Shown here: one piece after another, positions 1-9,186 of the stretch
Layout: the number at the start of each line of letters is the position of its first letter
Position numbering within the stretch: the stretch's first letter is position 1
From: Microcoleus sp.
GTDB lineage: Bacteria; Cyanobacteriota; Cyanobacteriia; Cyanobacteriales; Microcoleaceae
DNA length: 64,000 nucleotides
Reading direction: 5' to 3'
NCBI GenBank assembly: GCA_052279835.1
Contig: CP181291.1
Location: 1,376,001-1,440,000 of the forward strand
Position numbers and translations under genes: made by a program
Notes under the pieces: model-generated
What the model was told of the DNA's origin: nothing
What the model saw: the letters and a program-made list of their open reading frames with translations, nothing else
The model's database searches: none

Positions 1-1923
1 GTCAGTGAAGATGGCAAAGTTACCAAAATGCTGTTTGCTGATGGTTCGGAATTAGCCACAGATATGATTGTGTTTTCTGCCGGGATTCGCCCCCGCGATG
101 AAATTGCCAGAGGCTGTGGCATTGAAGTGGGTGAACGGGGTGGTATTGTGATTAACGATCGGTGCCAAACTTCGGATGCTGATATTTATGCGATCGGGGA
201 ATGTGCGCTTTATGACAATCGGATTTACGGCTTAGTCGCTCCGGGTTATACCATGGCTGGAGTCGCAGCTAATATTTTAAGCAGTTTAGTAGATGACGGC
301 GCAGATCCCGGTGCCACAAGCACTTTTACTGGTGCGGATATGTCCACAAAACTCAAACTTTTGGGGGTGGATGTTGCTAGTTTTGGAGATGCTTTTGCTA
401 AGTCTCCTGATGCTAAAGAAATTGTTGTGGCTGACACTTTCCAAGGTGTTTACAAAAAATTAGTCTTGAATCAAGATGGGAGCCGAATTTTAGGTGGAAT
501 TCTCGTGGGAGATGCTTCTGCTTACGGCACTTTGTTGCAATTTATGCAAAATGAAATTGCTCTGCCTCCCCATCCTGAAGATTTGTTGATGCCGCCACGA
601 GCAGGCGGAGTCCCTGCTGGTTTGGGAGTGGATAGTTTGCCGGATTCTGCTCAAATTTGTTCTTGCAATAATGTCAGCAAAGGGCAGATTTGTGATGCTA
701 TTCGCGATCGCAATTTAACTGATGTTGCTAGCGTTAAGAAATGCACCCAAGCAGGTACCGGCTGCGGTGGTTGCGTGCCTCTGGTGACAGACATCTTCAA
801 GTCTGAGATGAAGAAAGCCGGGGTTGCTGTCAAAAACCACCTCTGCGAGCATTTTGAATATTCTCGCCAAGAATTGTACCATTTAGTGCGCTCTCAGGGG
901 ATTAAAACCTTTGAAGAGACGATCGCCAAACATGGCAAAGGTAAGGGCTGTGAAATTTGCAAACCTGCTGTTGCTTCCATGCTGGCTTCTACTTGGAACG
1001 AACATATTTTAGAGAAGTCTCATGTTGGTTTGCAAGATACAAATGATTACTTTTTGGCAAATATTCAACGGGATGGTACTTATTCCGTGGTGCCACGGGT
1101 TCCGGGTGGAGAAATTACTCCCGATAAGTTGATTGTTTTGGGAGAAGTTGCCAAGGAATTTGGACTTTATACTAAGATTACTGGCGCGCAACGGATCGAT
1201 TTGTTTGGGGCTCGTGTGGATCAGTTGCCACATATTTGGCATCGGTTGATTGATGCGGGATTTGAGTCTGGACACGCTTATGGTAAGGCTTTGCGGACTG
1301 TAAAATCTTGTGTGGGTAGCACTTGGTGTCGCTTTGGGGTGCAGGATTCTACGAGTTTGGCGATCGAGGTTGAATTGCGCTATCGTGGTTTGCGATCGCC
1401 CCACAAACTAAAATCTGCTGTCTCTGGTTGCACTCGCGAATGTGCGGAAGCTCAAAGCAAGGATTTTGGGATTATTGCCACTGAAAATGGTTGGAATTTG
1501 TACGTGTGTGGCAATGGTGGCATTAAGCCACAGCACGCGGTTTTGCTGGCGACGGATATCGATAAGGAAACTTTGATTAAGTATATCGATCGCTTTTTGA
1601 TTCTCTATATCCGCACTGCCGATCGCCTGGAACGCACCGCTACATGGTTTAATAAACTTGAGGGCGGCATTGAATACTTAAAACAGGTGATTATTGAGGA
1701 TTCTCTGGGTATTTGTGCTGAGTTAGAAGCGCAAATGGAGCATTTAGTGAATACTTATCAATGTGAGTGGAAAACTACCATAGAAGACCCTCACAAGGTG
1801 CAACGATTCCAACATTTTGTAAATTCTGATTTGCCAGATCCGAGTATTGTTCGTGTTGCGGAAAGGGGACAAACACGACCACCTTATGAACATGAAAAGG
1901 CTTTGGTTGGAGTTTCGGAATAA
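1..1923 (+). CDS. nirB: NAD(P)H-dependent nitrite reductase large subunit (5'-truncated by window edge)
   Basis: Frame open from base 1. FAD-domain motif IYAIGECA, BFD-like [2Fe-2S] motifs CSCNNV/GTGCGGC and CEHF/GCEIC, siroheme/4Fe-4S ligands VKSCVGSTWC and VSGCTREC. Followed by nirD. Confidence 0.95.
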   Translation, partial: VSEDGKVTKMLFADGSELATDMIVFSAGIRPRDEIARGCGIEVGERGGIVINDRCQTSDADIYAIGECALYDNRIYGLVAPGYTMAGVAANILSSLVDDGADPGATSTFTGADMSTKLKLLGVDVASFGDAFAKSPDAKEIVVADTFQGVYKKLVLNQDGSRILGGILVGDASAYGTLLQFMQNEIALPPHPEDLLMPPRAGGVPAGLGVDSLPDSAQICSCNNVSKGQICDAIRDRNLTDVASVKKCTQAGTGCGGCVPLVTDIFKSEMKKAGVAVKNHLCEHFEYSRQELYHLVRSQGIKTFEETIAKHGKGKGCEICKPAVASMLASTWNEHILEKSHVGLQDTNDYFLANIQRDGTYSVVPRVPGGEITPDKLIVLGEVAKEFGLYTKITGAQRIDLFGARVDQLPHIWHRLIDAGFESGHAYGKALRTVKSCVGSTWCRFGVQDSTSLAIEVELRYRGLRSPHKLKSAVSGCTRECAEAQSKDFGIIATENGWNLYVCGNGGIKPQHAVLLATDIDKETLIKYIDRFLILYIRTADRLERTATWFNKLEGGIEYLKQVIIEDSLGICAELEAQMEHLVNTYQCEWKTTIEDPHKVQRFQHFVNSDLPDPSIVRVAERGQTRPPYEHEKALVGVSE

Positions 1924-1992
1924 ACCCTCCCCAGCCACTCTTGGCAACGACGGGGGGATTGCCCCTACAGGTGTTTCAGGAATTTGGGCAGT

Positions 1993-2092
1993 CACGGGGG
2001 GCTTCTCCTAGAAGAGAATGAAACACCCTTGCTATAACCCCACTTAATCAGGCAGGGCTGTTTCATTCTCTTCTAGGGGTAGTTCCCCCGTG
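1993..2092. repeat. Long imperfect inverted repeat between nirB and nirD
   Basis: Arms cacggggggcttctcctagaagagaatgaaacaccct (1993-2029) and agggctgtttcattctcttctaggggtagttcccccgtg (2054-2092). Confidence 0.8.
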
Positions 2093-2135
2093 GCTACCTT
2101 CCCACTAGATTGAAGTAAATTAACAGGAAAAAAAC

Positions 2136-2495
2136 ATGATTCAATCATTATCGGTTCCCGATACAGTCACAACTTGGGTAGATGTATGTTCCCTGGATGC
2201 GATCGCCCCGAATACAGGAGTTTGTGCTTTAGTAGCCGACAAACAAGTGGCGATTTTTCGAGTAGGAAATGGCAATGAACTTTATGCCCTCAGCAATTAC
2301 GATCCGTTTAGCAAGGCTTTTGTGTTGTCGCGGGGACTTGTGGGCGATCGCCAAGGCACTCTCAAAGTTGCTTCTCCCATTTACAAGCACAACTTTAGCC
2401 TAACTACTGGACAATGTTTGGACGATGAAACAGTAAAAATTCCCACTTTTGTGGTTAAAGTTGTAGGCGATCGCGTACAAGTAGCTATTGCCTAG
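2136..2495 (+). CDS. nirD: Nitrite reductase small subunit (Rieske-like NirD)
   Basis: WVDVC..PNTGVCALV..QVAIF, NYDPFSKAFVLSRGLVGD and VASPIYKHNFSL are NirD signatures. Directly after nirB. Confidence 0.93.
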   Translation: MIQSLSVPDTVTTWVDVCSLDAIAPNTGVCALVADKQVAIFRVGNGNELYALSNYDPFSKAFVLSRGLVGDRQGTLKVASPIYKHNFSLTTGQCLDDETVKIPTFVVKVVGDRVQVAIA

Positions 2496-2520
2496 ATTTT
2501 CCCCTGTGATTATTTGAGCC

Positions 2521-2565
2521 AAATCCGCCACCAGCTCAGACTTTTCTGAATGGTGGCGGATTTTG
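2521..2565 (+). terminator. Hairpin/terminator after nirD
   Basis: aaatccgccacca-gctcagacttttctgaa-tggtggcggatttt stem-loop. Confidence 0.65.
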
Positions 2566-2637
2566 CATTCAAACGAACACGAACCAGAGGTTTTAGTATA
2601 AAATAGAGGTAATTTGCTCAGTAAAACCCCTTAATTA

Positions 2638-2738
2638 ATACCATTTCCAAAAACAATGCAACAGTAGTGACAGGGTGTTGACTTGATGTCAAAAAGCCCA
2701 CAATATCAACTGTAGCAACTGTTCTGAGAAGGGATATA
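2638..2738. mobile_element. Possible degenerate MITE
   Basis: Imperfect terminal inverted repeats ataccatttccaaaaacaatgcaacagt / actgtagcaactgttctgagaagggatat, about 100 bp overall. Confidence 0.35.
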
Positions 2739-2906
2739 ACTGGGAAATACTGGTTAATTTTATCTAGGAGAATGCCGAAGCTAGAAAGTAGAAATTTTAC
2801 TTAAACTTCTTAAAACATCAACAAAACTAGAAATTTTAATCAGGCAAGGGGGAGTAGATTTCTGATTTTAAAGACAAACAAGTTTCAGGGGGGGGAAAGC
2901 ATCGGT

Positions 2907-4997
2907 ATGTTACAAACCAAGATGGCCACTCAAAAATTCCAGACATCGACTGAGTTAATTAATCTACAATTAAACACAGCTAAACTGAGTTTATCTGAAC
3001 TAAAGTCCCAAATTTTCGATCGTCACTGGCGACAGGAATCTTGGCATGAGATTTTGGTGGAAATAGCAGCCAGCCTCGACCAAGAAACCGCCAGCGAAAT
3101 CCTAGAATATTTAACAGATAAAAACGGTCAGGAGCAAAAGTTTGTCAATTTATTTTTGGCAGCCAAATGTCTCTCCAAAATGGCGGTAAAAGTAAATAAA
3201 AAAACCGAAATTAAACTGTTAAAGGCATTAAAAAAATTATCGCAATATGGCATGGGTTTCCTGATTCTTTATCAAACGGGCCAAGAATTGCAAGAAACAT
3301 ATCAAATTCGTTCCCAAGCGATCGCTGCCATCGCCCAAACTTGGAAAAATGACCCCCAAACTCTGCCCTGGCTGAAAATACTCGCTCACTCCAACGACAG
3401 TGGCGAAATCCGAGCTACCGCCGTCGAAGCCCTAGCCCGCGGTTGGCCAGACAATCCAGAAATTTACCTGATGCTCAAAAACTTAGCCACCTCCGATCCC
3501 AGTTGGGCAGTGCGATCGACCGCAGTCACAGAAATCGCCCTTGGTTGGCCAGACTCCAACGATAGCAGACCGCTGCTGACTAAGCTGGCTCTGTCCGATC
3601 GCAGCCCCGCTGTCCGCACCTGTGCATTGTCTATTTTGGCCCAGAAATGGCACGATCGAACCGACACCTTACTATTACTCAGAAGCATCGCCGACACGGA
3701 CGAAAATTTGGGAGTCCAAGTCGCAGCTTGGCGAGCCATAGCCTCTGCTTGGCGATCGGTTTTAGGCACTTTTTCCCTACTCAAAAACCTCGCCCACACC
3801 GGAAGTTCTACTCTACGAACATTAGCAGTGCAGGAGTTGGCATCCGGTTGGCCCACAGCGCCCGATGTTTGTCTGCTGCTAAAAACCCTAGCTTGTGAGG
3901 ATAGCAGCAAAGAAGTACGGATAGCGGCGATCGCAGAATTGGCCGCCCGCTGGCGGGATGAACCAGAGATTTATCCGCTGCTGAGAACTCTAGGAGAGTC
4001 CGACGAAAGTTCGGCCGTCCGGCTCGCGGCAGTGCAAGCAGTGGCCTCTGGCTGGCCAGACAACCCCGCAACTCTACCTTTTTTGCAAAATCTAGCTAGG
4101 GGCGATCGTGATTCCGAACTGCGAGAAGTAGCCCTACAACAGATAGCCGCAGGTTGGCCAGATAGCCCCGAAACCCTGCCCCTGCTGCAACAAATAGCTG
4201 ATTCCGAAGATTACTGGACTGTGCGGGAGGTAGTGGTGGAAGCCGTGGCTGCACTACCCTCTGGGAGTCTGGAAGTGTTTGTCTGGTTGCAAAATCTCGC
4301 CCAGTCGGACAGACATCTCAACGTCCGAGAAACTGCTGTCAAACAAATAGCCTCTCGCTGGTCTTATTTGGGCGACACCCTACCTTTTTTGAAAAGCCTA
4401 GTGGACTCTGAGCAAGATTCTCACCTGCTGAGTGTGCTGGTGTGTGCGATCGTGGGCGGATGGCCAGATCACTCAGAAACCTTACCTTGGCTGAAACTTC
4501 AGCTTGATTCTGGGGATGCGGTGGTTCGCCAAGCTGCGGTGCAAGAGTTGGCTCGCAATTGGCCGGACAATCCTGAAACTTGGATGCTGTTGGAGGCTAA
4601 AGCAGAGGGCGATGAGAGTCCGGCTGTCAGACAAATGGCTTTGCAAAAGTTAGCGCGCGGTGGGACAGATGAATCGCAGATTTTTCAGTGGCTCCAGATG
4701 AGAGCTCAACATGATGAAGATTCTCAGGTGCGGGCGATCGCCCTGGTAGAGTTGATGCGGGGATGGAAAGACTCGCCGGGAATGTTTGAGTTTTTGCGCG
4801 ATCGCGCCCTGAGCGATCCCTACGGTCAAAAGGGTTCTTTTCCTTACAATCCCCGGTTTACAGCTTTGGAAGCCATTCTCGAACATTATCCCGAAAATTC
4901 CGGTGTTTTGCCTTTGTTGCGATCGCTTGCAGTTTCCGACACCGACGAGCAAGTCCGGGCCTTGGCCAGTCTCCGGCTCAAAAGTGAAGAATGGTAG
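2907..4997 (+). CDS. HEAT-repeat protein (about 36-aa LAxGWPDxPETLPxLxxLAxSD repeats), no NACHT domain
   Basis: Many tandem W-containing HEAT repeats. The N-terminus (HWRQESWHEIL..FLAAKCL) resembles the helical region that follows NACHT in cyanobacterial NACHT-HEAT proteins. Confidence 0.85.
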   Translation: MLQTKMATQKFQTSTELINLQLNTAKLSLSELKSQIFDRHWRQESWHEILVEIAASLDQETASEILEYLTDKNGQEQKFVNLFLAAKCLSKMAVKVNKKTEIKLLKALKKLSQYGMGFLILYQTGQELQETYQIRSQAIAAIAQTWKNDPQTLPWLKILAHSNDSGEIRATAVEALARGWPDNPEIYLMLKNLATSDPSWAVRSTAVTEIALGWPDSNDSRPLLTKLALSDRSPAVRTCALSILAQKWHDRTDTLLLLRSIADTDENLGVQVAAWRAIASAWRSVLGTFSLLKNLAHTGSSTLRTLAVQELASGWPTAPDVCLLLKTLACEDSSKEVRIAAIAELAARWRDEPEIYPLLRTLGESDESSAVRLAAVQAVASGWPDNPATLPFLQNLARGDRDSELREVALQQIAAGWPDSPETLPLLQQIADSEDYWTVREVVVEAVAALPSGSLEVFVWLQNLAQSDRHLNVRETAVKQIASRWSYLGDTLPFLKSLVDSEQDSHLLSVLVCAIVGGWPDHSETLPWLKLQLDSGDAVVRQAAVQELARNWPDNPETWMLLEAKAEGDESPAVRQMALQKLARGGTDESQIFQWLQMRAQHDEDSQVRAIALVELMRGWKDSPGMFEFLRDRALSDPYGQKGSFPYNPRFTALEAILEHYPENSGVLPLLRSLAVSDTDEQVRALASLRLKSEEW

Positions 4998-5016
4998 ACG
5001 GAAGCAATCTTTTATC

Positions 5017-5757
5017 TCAAATCCGGGGCGTGAGTAACCCGGATTTAGCATGAGTAGTCCCCAACTTAAAAAGCTCAAAAAGCTCAAGTTGTTGGCTTGC
5101 TTTATGAGATTTGTAATAAATAAATTCCTTGCTAGTTTTACCTGCAACACCCTTGAGATCTAGTAAAGGCTTGAATGGCAAATAATCTCCGCAATCCCCT
5201 TCGCAAAATATAACTTCTCCCTTCCTATTCTTTGCCCACACTGCCAATTTATTGTAATCAATCAGTTTGCTACCATATCTATAACCTTTACCAGCATTTT
5301 CTTTATAGGGCGGGTCAATAAACCAAGTTGCTTCTATGTCAGGAGCTAGCGTATAATCTCCGCTAATAATTTTCCAATGCTTAACTTTGAAGAGATTTTC
5401 AGCCATATATCGTTTACTAACTGCCCAATTTCTAGCTAAAACAGGAGTTACTTTAATAGTCTTGTAGTGAAAAGCCATTTTCGTAGCAGCATGAATAATG
5501 TGAAGTAACTCGGAACTCTTTTCACCAACTGCTAAATCAGGTAAGGTACTAATTTTTGATGGTGTCGCCTCATCGATCAACCACTGCCAAATTTTAGCAA
5601 CTTCCTCATCTCTCTCAATCAGGATAACTTCCTTCTGCCAATAATTTCCATAGAGTGAATAAGCTGCTGAACCTGCAAACGGTTCTATAATTGCATCAAA
5701 GTTAGGAGCAGGGTAATGTTTGGCTATTTGCTTTTTTCTGCCGTAGTAGTAGAACAT
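5017..5757 (-). CDS. Orphan DNA amino-methyltransferase, Dam/D12-like
   Basis: N-terminal YYGRK, SAM motif EPFAGSA and catalytic FIDPPY, in alpha-class order. Visibly AT-rich. Confidence 0.75.
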   Translation of the reverse strand: MFYYYGRKKQIAKHYPAPNFDAIIEPFAGSAAYSLYGNYWQKEVILIERDEEVAKIWQWLIDEATPSKISTLPDLAVGEKSSELLHIIHAATKMAFHYKTIKVTPVLARNWAVSKRYMAENLFKVKHWKIISGDYTLAPDIEATWFIDPPYKENAGKGYRYGSKLIDYNKLAVWAKNRKGEVIFCEGDCGDYLPFKPLLDLKGVAGKTSKEFIYYKSHKASQQLELFELFKLGTTHAKSGLLTPRI

Positions 5758-5829
5758 TTACTATTTATTTAAGATTTAATATATTTGAAAATTATAGTAA
5801 AAAAATAAACGATTTTTCAAGATGTTTAT

Positions 5830-7581
5830 TCATTCCCATAACAGTGCGATCGCCAACCGTACCGCTTCCCCCATCATCGAACAACGAACTCGATCCGATG
5901 CAGTTTTTTCCCAGTGCAGCAACTGTCCCCGAAAACCAGCATCTTGCTTCGCACGCTGAACTATCGCCTGACAAATCACTTTTTTCTGAATCTGTTCAGT
6001 CGGGATACCTTGCTGCTTCAAATAATCCAACAGTCGCTGTACGCTATCTGTGAATTTATCCGGTGTCTGAGACATCAAAATAAAAGAAATTTGGCGCACC
6101 ATTTTTTGATAGATTTCTTGTCTTCTCTGCAACACATCCTGTGGCGGTGGTGGCGCTGGTGGTGGCGCTGGCGGTGGCGCTGGCGGTGATGACGTAGACT
6201 GCTCATCCCCATTGGTTTGGGCAACGGCCAAGTCTAGCAAACCCAAAATTGCAGTACCCTGAGCTAAAACCTTTTTCAACATATCTGGATAAAGCTCCAA
6301 AATGCGATCGCTCAAAATCTTGCCATTCACCAAACGATTCGCACTCAACCGCAATAAATGCTGCTCCTGTGCCGACTCAAAAAAATGAACATTCAACTTC
6401 AGTTCGTAACTCTCCAACTCCAGACGCATCAACGTAAAAATCAAAGCATTCCAATTAGGAGATTCAGCAAAATAAACCTCAAAAATTGAACTTTCATCTT
6501 GATGTTGCTTCCCAAATTCTCCCAACTCAAAATCCCGATCCACCGGAAAACGATTACCCGGAACTTTCGCAGCATAATCAAACTGATTAAAAACATATCG
6601 GCAGTCAACCTTAGACAAATCAACATCTTGAACTTGCCAATTTTGAATACAACAACCAGTAAGCTGCGCCCCCTCCAGATTCGTCCGAATCAAACGGCAC
6701 TCGATCAAAAAAGCATCTCTTAAATCCGCCTCCGCCAACATCGCATCCATCAAATAAGCGCCACTCAAATCAGCCTTCCGCAAATCAGCATTACGCAAAT
6801 TAGCTTCACTCAAATCAGCCCGCAGCAAATACACTTGTTGCAAGTTAGTTCGCAGCAAATGTGCCTTTTTAAAACTAGCCTTCAACAGATAAGCACCGGA
6901 AAAATTAGCTCTACTCAAATCAGCATTATCCAGCACCGCTTCCGTTAAATCAGCCCCAGCTAGGATAGCCCGGTGCAAGTCAGCTTCACTTAGATTAGCC
7001 GATCGCAGTTGAGCACCGTTGAGATCGGCTTCAATCAAATTTACACCCCTTAATATTGCCGATCGCAAATTCGCTTCAACCAAGTGAGCTTCCCGCAAAT
7101 TAGCACCAGTTAAATTAGCACCAACAAGACTAGCGCGGTTGAGATTTGCCTCCATCAATTCCGCCCCAATTAACTTAGCCCCGTCGAGTTTAGCCCTTTC
7201 CAAATTAATTTGGTCTGATTTCACCTGGCTCAAATCCGCCCCGCCCAAATCCGCCTCTTGTAGCACCACCCAATTCATGTCTGCACCTTCGAGACAACAC
7301 AAACGCAAATCCGCCTTCGCAAAATTTGCGCCACTCAAATTAGACAGACTCAGATTCGCCCCTGTGATTACCGCACTGCGGAGATCCGCGCGCCGTAAAC
7401 AAGCCCCAATTAACTTAGCATTACTCAAATTTGACCAGCTTAAATTAGCACCAGTCAAATTAGCACCAGTCAGGTCTATTTCTTTCAGGTTGACACCGCT
7501 TAAACTAGCACCACTGAAGTCAATGTGAGCAAAGTTCCGCTCTCCCTGTTGATAGCGCTGTAAAAATTCCTGTATTTGCAT
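5830..7581 (-). CDS. Pentapeptide repeat protein with C-terminal extension
   Basis: Long A(D/N)LxX repeats after LQRYQQGERNF, then a Pro-rich linker and helical C-terminus. Confidence 0.9.
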   Translation of the reverse strand: MQIQEFLQRYQQGERNFAHIDFSGASLSGVNLKEIDLTGANLTGANLSWSNLSNAKLIGACLRRADLRSAVITGANLSLSNLSGANFAKADLRLCCLEGADMNWVVLQEADLGGADLSQVKSDQINLERAKLDGAKLIGAELMEANLNRASLVGANLTGANLREAHLVEANLRSAILRGVNLIEADLNGAQLRSANLSEADLHRAILAGADLTEAVLDNADLSRANFSGAYLLKASFKKAHLLRTNLQQVYLLRADLSEANLRNADLRKADLSGAYLMDAMLAEADLRDAFLIECRLIRTNLEGAQLTGCCIQNWQVQDVDLSKVDCRYVFNQFDYAAKVPGNRFPVDRDFELGEFGKQHQDESSIFEVYFAESPNWNALIFTLMRLELESYELKLNVHFFESAQEQHLLRLSANRLVNGKILSDRILELYPDMLKKVLAQGTAILGLLDLAVAQTNGDEQSTSSPPAPPPAPPPAPPPPQDVLQRRQEIYQKMVRQISFILMSQTPDKFTDSVQRLLDYLKQQGIPTEQIQKKVICQAIVQRAKQDAGFRGQLLHWEKTASDRVRCSMMGEAVRLAIALLWE

Positions 7582-7630
7582 TCGGCAGATTTGTGGGCTA
7601 GCAATGAAGGCGTTGTATTACCAGCTTTAC

Positions 7631-8981
7631 CAAAAAGATGTTTATAAAGCCCCGTCCTTAGAGGACGGCTTTGATTTAAGTGTAAAGATTTCTTGCAAGC
7701 CACAAGTTTATAGCCACGATTGCTGGTAAGCGTGATAAAATTATCCCATGATTGTACTAAAGTTCAAGTTAAAAAGCAAGCCACAGCAATACCGGGTCAT
7801 TGACGAAATGATTCGCACAGCTCAGTTTGTCCGAAACAAAGATCTCAGATACTGGATCGACAATCAGGGAGTTAAATTATCAGACCTGTACAAACAATGT
7901 GCCATCATGGCGAAAGAGTTTGAATGGGCGGGCAAACTTAACTCAATGGCACGTCAAGCTTCTGCTGAACGTGCCATTTTTGCTATTCAACGTTTCTTCG
8001 CTAATTGCAAAGCTAAAAAGCCAGGGAAAAAGGGATATCGGCAATTCAAAAAGCATACCCGTTCCGTAGAATACAAAACATCAGGATGGGCGCTTTCTGT
8101 TGACAAAAGATGTCTGACATTCACGGATGGTTTTGCTGCTGGGAAGTTTAAGTTAATTGGCTCTCGTGATTTGCATTTCTCGGCGCCCAACGAAATCAAG
8201 CGAGTCAGAGTAATTCATCGTGCCGACGGTTACTATGCTCAGTTCTGTATCAATGTAGAACGAACAGAGGAATTAGTTCCTACGGGTAAAGCCATTGGCA
8301 TAGATGTAGGGTTAAACCATTTCTTGACCGATAGCGATGGGGGAACAGTCCCAAATCCCCGGCATCTTCGTCAAAGTGAAAGAGCTTTAAAACGGTTGCA
8401 GAAACGAGTTTCTCGGAAAAAAAAAGGTTCTGGCAATCGCAAGAAAGCCATCAATAAGTTAGGAAGAAAACACTTGAAAGTCAGCAGGCAGCGTAAAGAC
8501 TTCGCCATCAAAACGGCGTTGTGCGTAGTGAAATAAGCGCGATTTCGTAGCCCATGAAGACCTTCAAGTAAGAAACATGGTGAAGAACCACAAGCTTGCT
8601 AAATCAATTAGCTCAGCAGCATGGTCACAGTTTGCTGTCGGGTTGCAATATTTTGGCAAAGTGTACGGTAAAACAGTGGTTGCTGTTGCCCCTCAATACA
8701 CTTCCCAAGATTGTTCAAATTGTGGGAATCGCGTTCTCAAATCCCTGTCCGTTAGAACTCATGTTTGCAGTTGCGGTGCGGTATTAGACCGCGACCACAA
8801 TGCAGCTTTGAATGTTTTGGCTAAAGGATTGAAACAGGCAGGAATTAATTTAAATACGGCGGGGCACGCCGGAATTAACGCTTGGGGACAGATCGACCTC
8901 TACTCGTTGGTGGTGACATCAACGGGCAAGTTGACTGGTTGAGCCAAGAATCCCCGCGCGTTCACGCGCCCGGAGTGTCAA
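7631..8981 (+). mobile_element. IS200/IS605-family non-autonomous (IS1341-like) element carrying tnpB only
   Basis: Left end: TTAC|caaaaagatgtttat-AAAG-ccccgtccttagaggacggc hairpin. Right end: GAAT-ccccgcgcgttcacgcgcccggagtg-TCAA. No tnpA. Confidence 0.88.
7748..8942 (+). pseudogene. tnpB: RNA-guided endonuclease TnpB, disrupted by stop/+1 frameshift near 8534-8540
   Basis: RuvC-I IGIDVG lies in ORF 7748-8536. DFVAHEDLQVRNMVKNHKLAKSI, the zinc finger (CSNCG..CSCG) and DRDHNAALN continue in another frame after aaa-taagcgc-gat. Confidence 0.88.
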
Positions 8982-9186
8982 AGAGTATTCTATATCAAAG
9001 CAGCAGCAGGAATATTTTAAGATGTCGCGCCTTTAAATTGTCTACTAAAATCCGGGTTAAAAAAGAATCAAATTCTCTCCCCCTCTCCCTTTTTCCCCTT
9101 TTTTCTCCCTTTTTCTCCCTCTCGCCTCCTGTACCCACACACACTTTAGATGCGTAGCAGTTGACTATTCTCGCCGGAGAATGCTT

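Noticed and set aside
7139..7528. Antisense ORFs over the pentapeptide gene (and similar shadow ORFs elsewhere)
   Set aside because: Shadow frames of repetitive or codon-biased genes with no independent motifs.
8531..8580. Programmed frameshift producing full TnpB
   Set aside because: No slippery heptamer at the break, and further degenerate substitutions point to decay.
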